The notes below the pieces were generated by a model. That model was not told the DNA's origin, made no database searches, and was given only the letters and a program-made list of their open reading frames with translations. Both the position numbers and the translations under genes were made by a program. Shown here one piece after another: positions 32,016-41,760 of a stretch of 64,000 bases of DNA. Position 1 is the first letter of the stretch; each line of letters begins with the position of its first letter. The stretch is from Ostrea edulis. Lineage: Eukaryota. The stretch lies in the NCBI RefSeq assembly GCF_947568905.1, contig NC_079172.1, forward strand, positions 30,070,001-30,134,000, read 5' to 3'.

Positions 32016-32369
32016 TTAGGTTTTTTTATACACCTTTTCCAGCCAGTGATCGGTAATCGCTACAATCGCCCCAGTCTTCTCAGGTTCCCGTCGTCTAAAT
32101 TCTTGGTCCATGTTATAAATCATGATCAATCCAGACTCTCTGTTCAGGTTGTCGGCTATATGCTTGCAAACGCTGGAATATTCATATAAGGTCATAGGAA
32201 ATTCCCAAAAGATCAACAACTTCATGGCGAATTTATATCTCAACGGCTGTTTTTCTTTCCAGTCCTTGATACACTGTAATGCAGCGCTACGAGCGTTGTT
32301 CACCGATTCTTTGTAGTCCTCGAAATGCTGTAATACAGCGGTAAGAACGTTGTTGGTCAATTCAGCCAT
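32016..32369 (-). CDS. Helical multigene-family member C (probable divergent Bcl-2 fold), 117 aa
   Basis: FPMTLYEY..NRESGLIMIYNMDQEFRRREPEK..WLEKVY. Confidence 0.65.
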   Translation of the reverse strand: MAELTNNVLTAVLQHFEDYKESVNNARSAALQCIKDWKEKQPLRYKFAMKLLIFWEFPMTLYEYSSVCKHIADNLNRESGLIMIYNMDQEFRRREPEKTGAIVAITDHWLEKVYKKT

Positions 32370-32406
32370 GATGATCAAAATGAAAAAATTCCAAAACGTT
32401 CTTGTT

Positions 32407-32739
32407 TTATAACAGGCCAGCCATTCCTTTCATACGAATCAGTTCCACGAATCCTTTTTGTAGACAATCGCGTAAGATCCGATCAATGTCACTCATCTGG
32501 TCTGGAAGATTCTGTTTCAATTCCTCAGCATACAAATAAATCATGAGTAAACGTCCCGTATTGGTATTCTCCGCTAATGAATCAGCAATCCGTTGAAAAC
32601 TATGTACATTTCTGACCTCCGGTGACATCTGTTGTACAAATTGACGAGCATTTTGAATGTGAGGATTATGTAAGGCCACGTTCATACATTGTAGTACATA
32701 ACTATATCCATTTATTCTCGTAGTAGCACTGCCGCCCAT
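32407..32739 (-). CDS. Helical multigene-family member D, the most Bcl-2-like; possible N-myristoylation (MGGSAT), 110 aa
   Basis: BH1-like SFQRIADSL..TNTGRLLMIYLYAEEL; BH2-like LQKGFVELI. Confidence 0.65.
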   Translation of the reverse strand: MGGSATTRINGYSYVLQCMNVALHNPHIQNARQFVQQMSPEVRNVHSFQRIADSLAENTNTGRLLMIYLYAEELKQNLPDQMSDIDRILRDCLQKGFVELIRMKGMAGLL

Positions 32740-32763
32740 AGTAAATAACGAACGTTCAGAAAA

Positions 32764-32843
32764 CACCTGTATTTATAGGTAAAGGTTATGCATCACGTGA
32801 TCAAACACCTGCACCACGTGATCAAACACCTGTACGTCAGCTG
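32764..32843. promoter_or_regulatory. E-box-rich bidirectional promoter with a 21-bp tandem repeat
   Basis: CACCTG x3, CACGTG x2, CAGCTG x1; minus-strand TATAAAT at 32771-32777. Confidence 0.6.
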
Positions 32844-32878
32844 GTTTTTCTACAGTCATTCTTGTCTGACCTTCAGTC

Positions 32879-33385
32879 ATGGATACACGGAGAATTTTAA
32901 GAGCGAGACGCCGCCGCCAGGGAATACAACCAGTAGAGAATTTAACCATAGTAGAAGATTATGTAGACGAGATGGAGATCTGGGATAATTTAGTACAGAG
33001 ATGTCGCCATCGATTACGCTGGGGCCGATCTAAAAATTGGTGTTTTGACTATGTATTGCGGTCACATGAAACAGTGGAGGATATTTACCTGCGTTTAAGT
33101 GACATGTACCTGAAAAATTCCCCCCTCATACAGTACATGATTTACCAGTTTTACACGTTATTGAACGGCACTCAAAAAGTATCGGGATTTATTCGACTGG
33201 AGAAACCACGTTACCGGAGAAGTGTATGGGTATTGTTTTGGGATGCACACTGGATGTGGGAAACCGTCGAAGAGATACGTTTCCCCGGGAGAAGAGCTCG
33301 ACAATTAGTACAACACATTATATCCGAAGATCATGACTTACACGTGTATATAGAAGAACCTGCGTATGAAGCCGGCCATTTTTAA
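32879..33385 (+). CDS. Inactivated CRESS-DNA-virus Rep-like HUH endonuclease domain (168 aa)
   Basis: Motif I-like RSKNWCF; YMIYQ..NGTQKVSGFIRLEKP..AHW aligns by eye with circovirus-type YxIxxxE..GTPHLQGF..AHxE; catalytic His and Tyr absent. Confidence 0.65.
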   Translation: MDTRRILRARRRRQGIQPVENLTIVEDYVDEMEIWDNLVQRCRHRLRWGRSKNWCFDYVLRSHETVEDIYLRLSDMYLKNSPLIQYMIYQFYTLLNGTQKVSGFIRLEKPRYRRSVWVLFWDAHWMWETVEEIRFPGRRARQLVQHIISEDHDLHVYIEEPAYEAGHF

Positions 33386-33404
33386 AAATAAAAACTTCAT
33401 GCAC

Positions 33405-33420
33405 AGCCCTTTTTAGGGCT
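33405..33420 (+). terminator. Third histone-type stem-loop AGCCCT-TTTT-AGGGCT
   Basis: 19 nt after the stop of 32879-33385; flanks GCAC/ACTTT; no clear HDE; AATAAA also at 33387-33392. Confidence 0.6.
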
Positions 33421-33705
33421 ACTTTAAACACCAATATAAGTTCCATTCCACTAAAGTCAATGTGTACCAATGGGCACTAGCACGCGCTGGTCGCGAGAAA
33501 CCGGCTTTTCAAGTTCAATTAGTGCACTAGCACGCGCTGGTCGCGCGATGTTCTAGCTGAAACCGGTTTTTCCAGAAAAAGATGATGCAACCACGTGATC
33601 CCCACGTGCCCCTCACGAGACAGAATAGTCTAGACATTTTGCTGGCTATAAAAGCGGAGCCCCAGTGTCAGTCCTCATTCGATCTTCAATCACCTTCCAG
33701 AAGAC

Positions 33706-34623
33706 ATGGCTCAGAAACAACTAGAATTTGTGGACAAAGCTCAGAAGAAAATAGATCAGCTGGTACAGAAGGAGATGGGGCCACAGAAAGACTACATTGA
33801 ACTGAAGAAAGCTAAGAGTGACGATCAGAAGACTGAACTGGGGAAGACCTCGAACTTCTTGCTCACGTCTCCAGACTACGTTGCTCAAAGAAGAAGAGAA
33901 GAGAAGAAGATGGCCCAGACCTCGAACCAGACCACGAGCTTCAATCTCACGCCTTCAGACCACGTTGCTCGACAAGTGAAGATGGCCCAGACCTCGGATT
34001 ACCTCCCTAGCCAGAATCCGACAGACCCGGGATTAGGCTTCTATTTTCCCGATTCACAGGACGCTACGGGACTGGAGATGGGCTTATACGATAAACCCCC
34101 CTTCGGCGGAGAAGATTCCCCCATGAGCAGGACCGATTTCGCCATCATTACCACGACACTAGACGGGATCGTTAACCGCATTAATGTGCTGAGTAATGAG
34201 ATTGGAAATCATACCACAATCCTACTGAAGAAGCTGGAAGACCTGACTTCTAAAAAACCTAGGAAGGAATACACTCCAGATTACACTGCTAACCCGTGCT
34301 ACACGTGTGGAGAAACAGGACATTGGTCGCCGGATTGCCCACAGAAAACAGATTATCCGCAGACCAGTAAGAAATCGTGGTCGGCAGATTCTCAACAGAC
34401 CAGCAAGAAAACCAAACAAAAGGATCCTTGCTTCAAATGCGGAAAAATAGGACACTGGATTAGTGAGTGTCCAGAAGAACAAGCGGAGATAGATGCGATG
34501 ATTGGACCCGTACCTGGCTCAAAACCACCTGTGAAGAGAGAATACACACCGTTAGAGATGTGGAATCCACCCGCACCTACTGAAGAACGGCCAAAAAAGA
34601 AGAAGAAACTCAGCAGAAAGTAA
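33706..34623 (+). CDS. Double CCHC zinc-knuckle protein with coiled coil and NLS (305 aa)
   Basis: CYTCGETGHWSPDC and CFKCGKIGHWISEC; PKKKKK; TATAAAAG at 33647; AATAAA 34735 inside the right TIR. Confidence 0.85.
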   Translation: MAQKQLEFVDKAQKKIDQLVQKEMGPQKDYIELKKAKSDDQKTELGKTSNFLLTSPDYVAQRRREEKKMAQTSNQTTSFNLTPSDHVARQVKMAQTSDYLPSQNPTDPGLGFYFPDSQDATGLEMGLYDKPPFGGEDSPMSRTDFAIITTTLDGIVNRINVLSNEIGNHTTILLKKLEDLTSKKPRKEYTPDYTANPCYTCGETGHWSPDCPQKTDYPQTSKKSWSADSQQTSKKTKQKDPCFKCGKIGHWISECPEEQAEIDAMIGPVPGSKPPVKREYTPLEMWNPPAPTEERPKKKKKLSRK

Positions 34624-34724
34624 TGGACTGTGCTTGAACTGTTATACTTATTGAACTGTTTTTTATGCTTATTGAACTGTTTTTATGTTTATTGAATTGT
34701 TTTGCATTGTTCTATGCTTGTACC

Positions 34725-35062
34725 ATTGTTCTTTAATAAACATGTCAACTTAAAACCTTGTGTTATTCTTTTAGATTTAATACACTGTTATTCTTTTAGA
34801 TTTAATACACAGGATTTCACTGGATTTTCAGAAAAATAGCAGGAACTCATTCCAGGAACTCAAAGCGAAAGTACCGCATCATAGACCAGCGGCCATAGGC
34901 CAGTCTATTCACCCGCTCTACAACCCCTGCTGGGGTTGACCCCGTCCTAGTGCACTCCGTTGACCCCGACACCGCTTGACCAATCAAAAACGCTCTTGCT
35001 TGACCTCATTTGCATAAAAAGTGCACTCAGTTGAACTCCCTATCGGGACGCGTTATACTACT
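34725..35062 (-). repeat. Right TIR (338 bp)
   Basis: Ends ...CGTTATACTACT followed by TSD GACGGG. Confidence 0.97.
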
Positions 35063-36017
35063 GACGGGGAATTGAAAACGGGACGGAAAACGGAATTTTT
35101 TTAATGCAATAATATTAGGAGGAGGTCGGCATTTTGTAAACTGAAAAGGCTTAAGAACGAGGTAATTTTAAGCAGAAATCACAAAGAGAACGGGAGGGCA
35201 TATTCAGAATCCACCGTTTGATATACTACATACAAATACACAATATCCACATGTATACATATATTTGTCTTCAGAGCAAAAAATACTGAAACATGTATTT
35301 ATGTCCAAAGGCGGATCCAACGCCGACGACCCCATCCCTCGTTTAGTGTGTTTCCCCAGACCTCTGACCTGTGAGACTGTAACCTTCCGTTCTGAAATTG
35401 ATGATATTTATGTACTTTGTGCTTACCACCCCCCCCCCCCTTTCCAACTTTTAAAACTTTGTATCAGTCAAGCCGAAAGCCTACATCAAAAGGGAGGCGA
35501 ATTTTATTTATATGTGTAAACTTTAACAAGGGCCTAAGATACCATTTTTAATTATTATAAATAAAAGAGTTCAATTATACAATCTGTTTCGTTTCGTTTC
35601 GGTAGGTTTCGTTTCGTTTCGGTGGGTTTCGTTTCGTTTAGGTAGATTTCGTTTCGTTTCGGTAGATTTCGTTTCGTTTTGGTAGATTTCGTTTCGTTTC
35701 GTTTCGATTTCGTTTCGCACTTTACAGGTACCCCATGTAAAGTGGCATTATCAGCAAATAAATCGATGTTACAGTATATGGCCATAAATGAGTCATGATT
35801 TAATTTTTTTTTCGCTATAAAAATATGTAATGAGCTATCAATAACGTTGCAATAGGTTAAAAAAAATTTCAATGACATATGAAATGAGGACTCACTTATA
35901 CGGCCATATACTGTAGAGTTTTAAATGCATGGTGGATCATTACTGTAACACAGAAATAAAAGCGGTCATAGTATAGACCCTTGCGGAACTCCCGTTGCGA
36001 CTGACTGGTATTGGTTA

Positions 36018-36283
36018 GATTGATTGATTGATTGAATATTGTTTTACGTCCCTCTCGAGAATATTTCACTCATATGGAGACGTCACCAATGCCGGTGAAG
36101 GGCTGCAAACTTTAGCCTATGCTCGGCGCTTATGACCTTTGAGCAGGGAGGGATCTTCATCGTGCCACACGTGCTGTGACACGGGACCTCGGTTGTTGCG
36201 GTCTCATCCGAAGGACCGCCCCATTTAGTCACCTCTTACGACAAGCAAGAGATTCTGAGGACCTATTCTAACCCGGATTCCCT
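36018..36283 (-). mobile_element. SINE copy with (ATTG)n tail
   Basis: Reverse complement of the 13369-13610 family. Confidence 0.65.
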
Positions 36284-37125
36284 AAGGATGGTATTAGTTA
36301 GATCAGCACTCTGAAATCTGTTATCACTTAATTCTGTAGTTTTAGTGAGAGACCGAGAGCTGTTTGCCAAGAGTAAAATTCTCTGACGCCATACCGAGAT
36401 TTTATTATAAGATCAAAGTTTGCAAAAGGAGAACGCATATATATTTTGCGACATATTTTTGAAAAGTTGGTAAAATAAAAATGGGCCTAGAATTATTTGG
36501 AATCTAATCTGTAACATTTTTTTTAAAGATAAAAGTGACGATTGCAAGTTTAAAACTATCAGGAAAAACTCCCGGTATGATTCTGTATAAATATTGTATG
36601 CAAATGAGGGGGACATTGTAAATTATGAACCCGAGAAAACCAATGTCGACTAAGTCGAAGTGGGCAATGGTTTTACGTGGGGTGACAATTCATCATTTGG
36701 GTCAGAGAATAATTCTAATCAAAGGAAATTTGTCTCTTGCACGTAGACACCCCCCCCCCCCCCTATAAATGTTGGAAGTCTCTACAGGTATGTTATTTCT
36801 ATGTGTTTATGCTATAACTATATTTATTTCCAATCAAGGGCCCTCAAGGGGCAGCATGAAAATACATACAAATAATGTACATATACATATACAAGTAAAG
36901 AAAGAAGTGATTACATAACAGATAATTATATACAAATACAGTGTCATATAATGTTCAAAATAAATGTTCCAGTATGAGAGTTAGAGATTAACATATTATG
37001 TTCTCGGGTAGGTTAGGCCATGCATTTGTATATGATCAATAAAAGTTGATGTTGTTATAGTAGGTATGTTGATTATTTGTGTGGAATCATATTCCTCAGA
37101 AGCATAGGTCAAGTACTGTGTGTGT

Positions 37126-37156
<31 letters not shown>

Positions 37157-38009
37157 GGGGGTGGGTGTCTTAAATTTGGTCAATATTGAAGTCACCTGCT
37201 AAAATCATTTCAGCATAGTTACAGCGGAATGAATAGTGAATCTAATGTGTAGATCTTTCTACCCAGCAGTAGGTAGCAAATGGAGGTCTGCATACGGTGC
37301 CAAATAAATAGTGTTTAAAAGTATGTTTTCTTGACATATAAATCTCTGATCCTCCCCCGAATTTTAATGATCTTCGCATTTCGCAATATAACGATCCACT
37401 TTACAAATACAAGTTATGCTGACACGGCTGAAATGTAGGGGCGTGGCTTGCGAAGATGGGTCGAATGCTGTCGGACGTGTTTCATACCATATTGTTAGGC
37501 CGTTCTTTATACATACTAATTTTCATCTTCATTATACGTCGGACGCATAAAACATACAAATTTGCAAATTTACACTTGTTGTATATAGTGTTCTATTGAA
37601 ATATTGATGAATAAATCTCAACTACCTATAAAAAAAAACAATAAAAATCTGTTAAGATTGGAAAATAGTAGGGAAGTGTTGGACAAACAAATACGGACAC
37701 AAAGCTCCTGGATTTTACAGATTTTATAGGGCTTGAAATATATGTCTCCAAAGTAATCATTTTTACTATTTTCTGTCATTTTTAATAAGGTGAAATTAAT
37801 AAAATGACGCAAATTTTAACGGTTTGGGGGGGGGGGGGGGGGTAAGTTCTCCCAATAAATGTAATTCAATAAGTCAAATTATTTTGTAATTTTTTTCTCC
37901 GAGAGTGGAAGAAATTATTGCTTCTTTTATCGTTTACATTTTTCTAAACAAGAGACCACGATTTATTAAATTTTGAAAATTTTAGGGTGGTGGCGCCCCC
38001 GTTAAATCC

Positions 38010-38780
38010 GCCATTGCCATTCCTGGGGCCCCTGATGTGAACAACCTTGAAATTGAACTACACTACCTGTAGATGTTGTATGTTAATGATTAATCATGGC
38101 CTGGTTGTTCATGGGAAGAAGATTTTCCCCTAAATATTCTCATGTAAAACTTTGATCCCATCTTACTTTCGGGGACCACAATTTGAATAAACTTGAATCT
38201 ACATTACCTGTGGCTGCTTGCATATCAATATGACTAATCATTATCCTGTTGTTCTTGGGAAGATTTTCCTATATATATATATATATATCCGCATGCTAAA
38301 CACTGATCCCCTAATATGGCCCCATCCTATCCCCGGGGGACCATGATTTGAACAAACTTGAATCTACTTTATGTCTGGAAGCTTTCGTGTAAATTTTTGA
38401 TCCATTGATTCTTGAGATCTTTAAACGACACACCCTCACCTTTTCTGGATTTTTGCCCTTTGGAAAGAGTATAGGGCCTTCATTTAAACAAACTTGAATC
38501 CCATTCACCTAGTAATGATTTGTGCCATGTTGGATTGAAATTGGTCCAATGGTTCTTGGGAAGATTTTTAAAAGATACCACAAAATGTTTATTAATTCTT
38601 AATTACCTCCACTTCAAAAAAAGGGTATGGCACTTCATTTCAACAAACTTGAATCATTTTTATCCAAGCATGCTGGTTCTGGAGAAAATGTGAAAAGTGT
38701 ACGGACGGACGGATTGGTCAGACGGACAAAAAGTGATCACAAAAGCTTAATTAAGCTTTGAGCTCAGGCGAGCTAAAAAT
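38010..38780 (-). mobile_element. Degenerate Helentron-type non-autonomous element
   Basis: Ends TGAGCTCAGGCGAGCTAAAAA with GGAC repeats; satellite-like interior. Confidence 0.5.
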
Positions 38781-39046
38781 TGTTCTAATTTTTCAATGAA
38801 ATTTGCTTTTTCATATTTTTAAAACAATCAACAAAATTCGAAACAGCATCTTTTTTTTTAATAGAAATGTAATGTCGAAATTATATATCTATATGATAAT
38901 TCTTTTTACTTGGGGTCCTAATAAATCATATCACAGATTAACAACAACAACAACCCCCCCTTTAATAATATAATAATATTACACAGTTAACAAACAACTT
39001 ATAGTCAATAAATTATTCTATAAACACTGTATGTTGTCAAAACGTT

Positions 39047-39268
39047 TTAGATTCCAATCTGACGTAACACTTTATTTTCCATTTTCTCCTTCAGCAAACC
39101 CTCGTATTGAACATATACATGTCTTCTAGACGACTCCTCTTTCTCTGAATATTCCTTCATCAAACAGTGTTTGAGGTATAGGGCTAGGGTAACATGGGAC
39201 TGACGAAATATGACGGGGATATCCTCGTACAGTTTCCCACATATTTCAAAAACGTGTTGTAGAATTAC
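39047..39268 (-). CDS. Orphan gene exon 2 (73 aa + stop)
   Basis: Acceptor TATTCAG|GTA at 39268, phase 0; open frame VILQHVFEICG...VLRQIGI*. Confidence 0.6.
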   Translation of the reverse strand, partial: VILQHVFEICGKLYEDIPVIFRQSHVTLALYLKHCLMKEYSEKEESSRRHVYVQYEGLLKEKMENKVLRQIGI

Positions 39269-39694
39269 CTGAATAGATTAGAAACTCTTATTTGACTAGT
39301 CTTATGCTGTAGAAAATAGTTTGTATGGATATACTTGCAATTTATTGCTTAATTACTAAAACTGCATCAATCAAGCAATTAGTATAAAAATTATGTATGA
39401 TTTCACAACACTCACATTTGTCAGTAATAAACCTCTGCTGATTCACTGTAGTTTATGACAAAGCAATCACTTTTTAAATTTCAAACAGACATAAAATACA
39501 ATCTATCTAAGGACAAAATCCTAACTAAAATAAAAGAAGACCTACATTTTTGCTCTTTCTTCCCTTACACTGCATGGAAGCTGTGGGTGTGATTTTCGTG
39601 CAGGTTACGGAATTCTTTAGTATGCTCATTTATAAGAGATTACACTTTAAAAAAAATAAATGTACATTTCTTTAAACTGTCGCATTGGGGAGGG

Positions 39695-39817
39695 TAGTCC
39701 GAAATATCTGACGTTTTCCTAGCCTTTTTTATGATTTTGATATTTAATATAGATATCAAAATCATATAAATATCAAGATCATAAAAATGCCAGGAAAACG
39801 TCAGATATTTCGGACTA
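39695..39817. mobile_element. MITE, TIR TAGTCCGAAATATCTGACGTTTTCCT, 9-bp TSD TGGGGAGGG
   Basis: TIRs and TSD read directly. Confidence 0.9.
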
Positions 39818-40208
39818 TGGGGAGGGGAGGGGGTGTTGTGTTAAAAGTTGTATTTGATGTTTATCTCTGTTCAAGTTTTGATTTATGAAACAAATAACAC
39901 CCAATCTGATTAAATGAATTCCTAAATCTGTTCCTTTTTATATTCTTTCGATACACGTGTGGCGACAGTATAAAAAATGGAGCGGATGGATGATAAAGCT
40001 CATTTTAATTACAGTGAATAAATACTAAGATTTTCAGAGGTTGTCTAACAAGCAAAACAAAATAAAATCTCAAAGCTCTAAATCCTCCCCGGGGGTGGGG
40101 GGGGGGGGGGGGGGCAATGTTAATTGATCCTTCAGTTCAATATGCAAAATCGCTAATACCACGTTACTGGAGATTTCGTATTTTAATGAAGTCTTAAAAA
40201 AAAAGTGT

Positions 40209-40438
40209 CATTCTGATTAAAACCAGATCCTTTGATCCGCTCACTAAATCGCTATACACAAGGTTTTAAATTTTTTAAAACAATTCATTTTACACATTGA
40301 ATTCAATTTTGGGCTTAATTTTGCGATTCTTTTGCCGTTTTAACGATTTTACCTATCGCTCAACGCTTTGGCAGCACTTATTTTAACGCCATATTTTGGG
40401 CAGTGTTCCGATCAAAGAATTTAATTTTAATCAGATTG
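40209..40438. mobile_element. MITE related to 10101-10194, 9-bp TSD AAAAAGTGT
   Basis: CATTCTGATTAAAA..TTTTAATCAGATTG; TSD at 40200-40208 and 40439-40447. Confidence 0.8.
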
Positions 40439-40672
40439 AAAAAGTGTGTACACGATGATGAAGCTGTGATGCTCAAGTACACACTTTAACTTTTAACTAC
40501 TTTAGATACTTTTAATTATATTATGATGTGAACTCAAAAATGCATGCTATTTTAAAGGGGCATTGTTTACAATGCTTAATTAAAGTATTTCTAATAATCA
40601 ACCAAAACTTGAAAATCACTTTGTTGAGTTACAAGTTAGCACTCACAATTCTTTGTTATGTAAACAAGGTTC

Positions 40673-40758
40673 TAGTCCGAAATATCTGACGTTTTCCTGG
40701 CACGGTAAATATCAAAATCATTAAAAAAAGTCAGGAAAACGTCAGATATTTCGGACTA
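40673..40758. mobile_element. MITE, same family as 39695-39817, 9-bp TSD ACAAGGTTC
   Basis: TIRs and TSD read directly. Confidence 0.9.
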
Positions 40759-41760
40759 ACAAGGTTCGTGCCATATTTTCGTTTACATTAGATTAATTGC
40801 TTAATTGAAAATAGCATGCTTAAAACAAAATGAAATGTGCCAAACACTAGAAAATATTTAATTGCGTTTAGAATTAACATGTAAATTGAAAAAATCTGCC
40901 CTAAAGGAAACTTTTACTAGTATATTTAAACTATGTAAACAAAAACATGGCACGAGCGAGCCTTAATGTTTACATTTAAACAAAAAAATGTGAGCTCTTT
41001 ATCTCCCATGTGCCTTGAGAACTGACATTTAAATTTTTGCTGACCATTAGAAACACCTTAGTTTTAAAGCAATCTAAACATTAAAAATGGAAAATAAAAT
41101 TTTAAAATTTTCCGCTCAAATCGTGTCCATGTCCCATTATCACAGCAAAGGATTTATTTTCCAAAAAAAAAGAAGTTAAAAATGAAATTTTAAAATTAGA
41201 TGATTTATACATTTTTCATGAAATTTTCATTTGTTCGCAATACAAAGTATTTTGATCCATAAATCAAATCGTGTACATACATAACATAACAAATTACCCC
41301 TTTATGACACGTCACAAGATGGCGATCTAAATGTTTTGTGAAATTGTATGTTTGTCTATCATCATCTTAGGCTCTTAGTTCAGTGGTTAAAGCATGAAAC
41401 ATCTGGTTGGTGAACCCCAGATCCCGAGTTCAAAACCACCGGACGCCCAAGCTCAGCAATTTTAACCATGCAAACGGACATATGAAAGATTGTGAACAAT
41501 AACTTCAGATCTTTGGAAGCACATGACAATATGAGTATAAGATGGACTAATGTCCCAAAAATTCAGATATGAAATACTTTTAAGTTTAAGATAGATAAAA
41601 ATTCTATTTATCTTTAAACATTTAGAATTCCCCCCCCCCCCTTCTTTTCGCAAAAATGCACTCAAAAATTGCTCGCTCCCCATCCTCTCTCAGTCATGGA
41701 CATAGGTAGGGAATTTATGTCGAGTTTAAGTAAACTAATCCTAACCCTGCATTAACATAC

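Larger units (their letters stand above)
14964..35062 (+). mobile_element. Maverick/Polinton endogenous dsDNA virus, apparently intact, 20,099 bp
   Basis: Identical TIRs, TSD GACGGG (14958-14963, 35063-35068), complete core gene set. Confidence 0.98.
14382..35733. mobile_element. Foldback/Mutator-like non-autonomous element (~1247 bp before the Polinton insertion)
   Basis: Imperfect ~450-bp inverted arms 14382-~14832 and ~35288-35733 with GAAAC-rich internal repeats; termini GGGTACCTG/CAGGTACCC; 9-bp TSD CATGTAAAG at 14373-14381 and 35734-35742. Confidence 0.85.

Noticed and set aside
33500-33516. CCGGCTTTTCAAG as a fourth histone hairpin (also AAGCCCTTTTAGAAAA at ~45209)
   Set aside because: No complementary 3' stem arm; the 45209 match is part of a MITE palindrome
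32879-35062. CRESS-type nonanucleotide origin near the Rep-like gene
   Set aside because: No NANTATTAC hairpin seen by eye, consistent with a dead Rep domain
41370-41450. tRNA-like A-box/B-box sequence
   Set aside because: No convincing cloverleaf; probably a SINE-head relic
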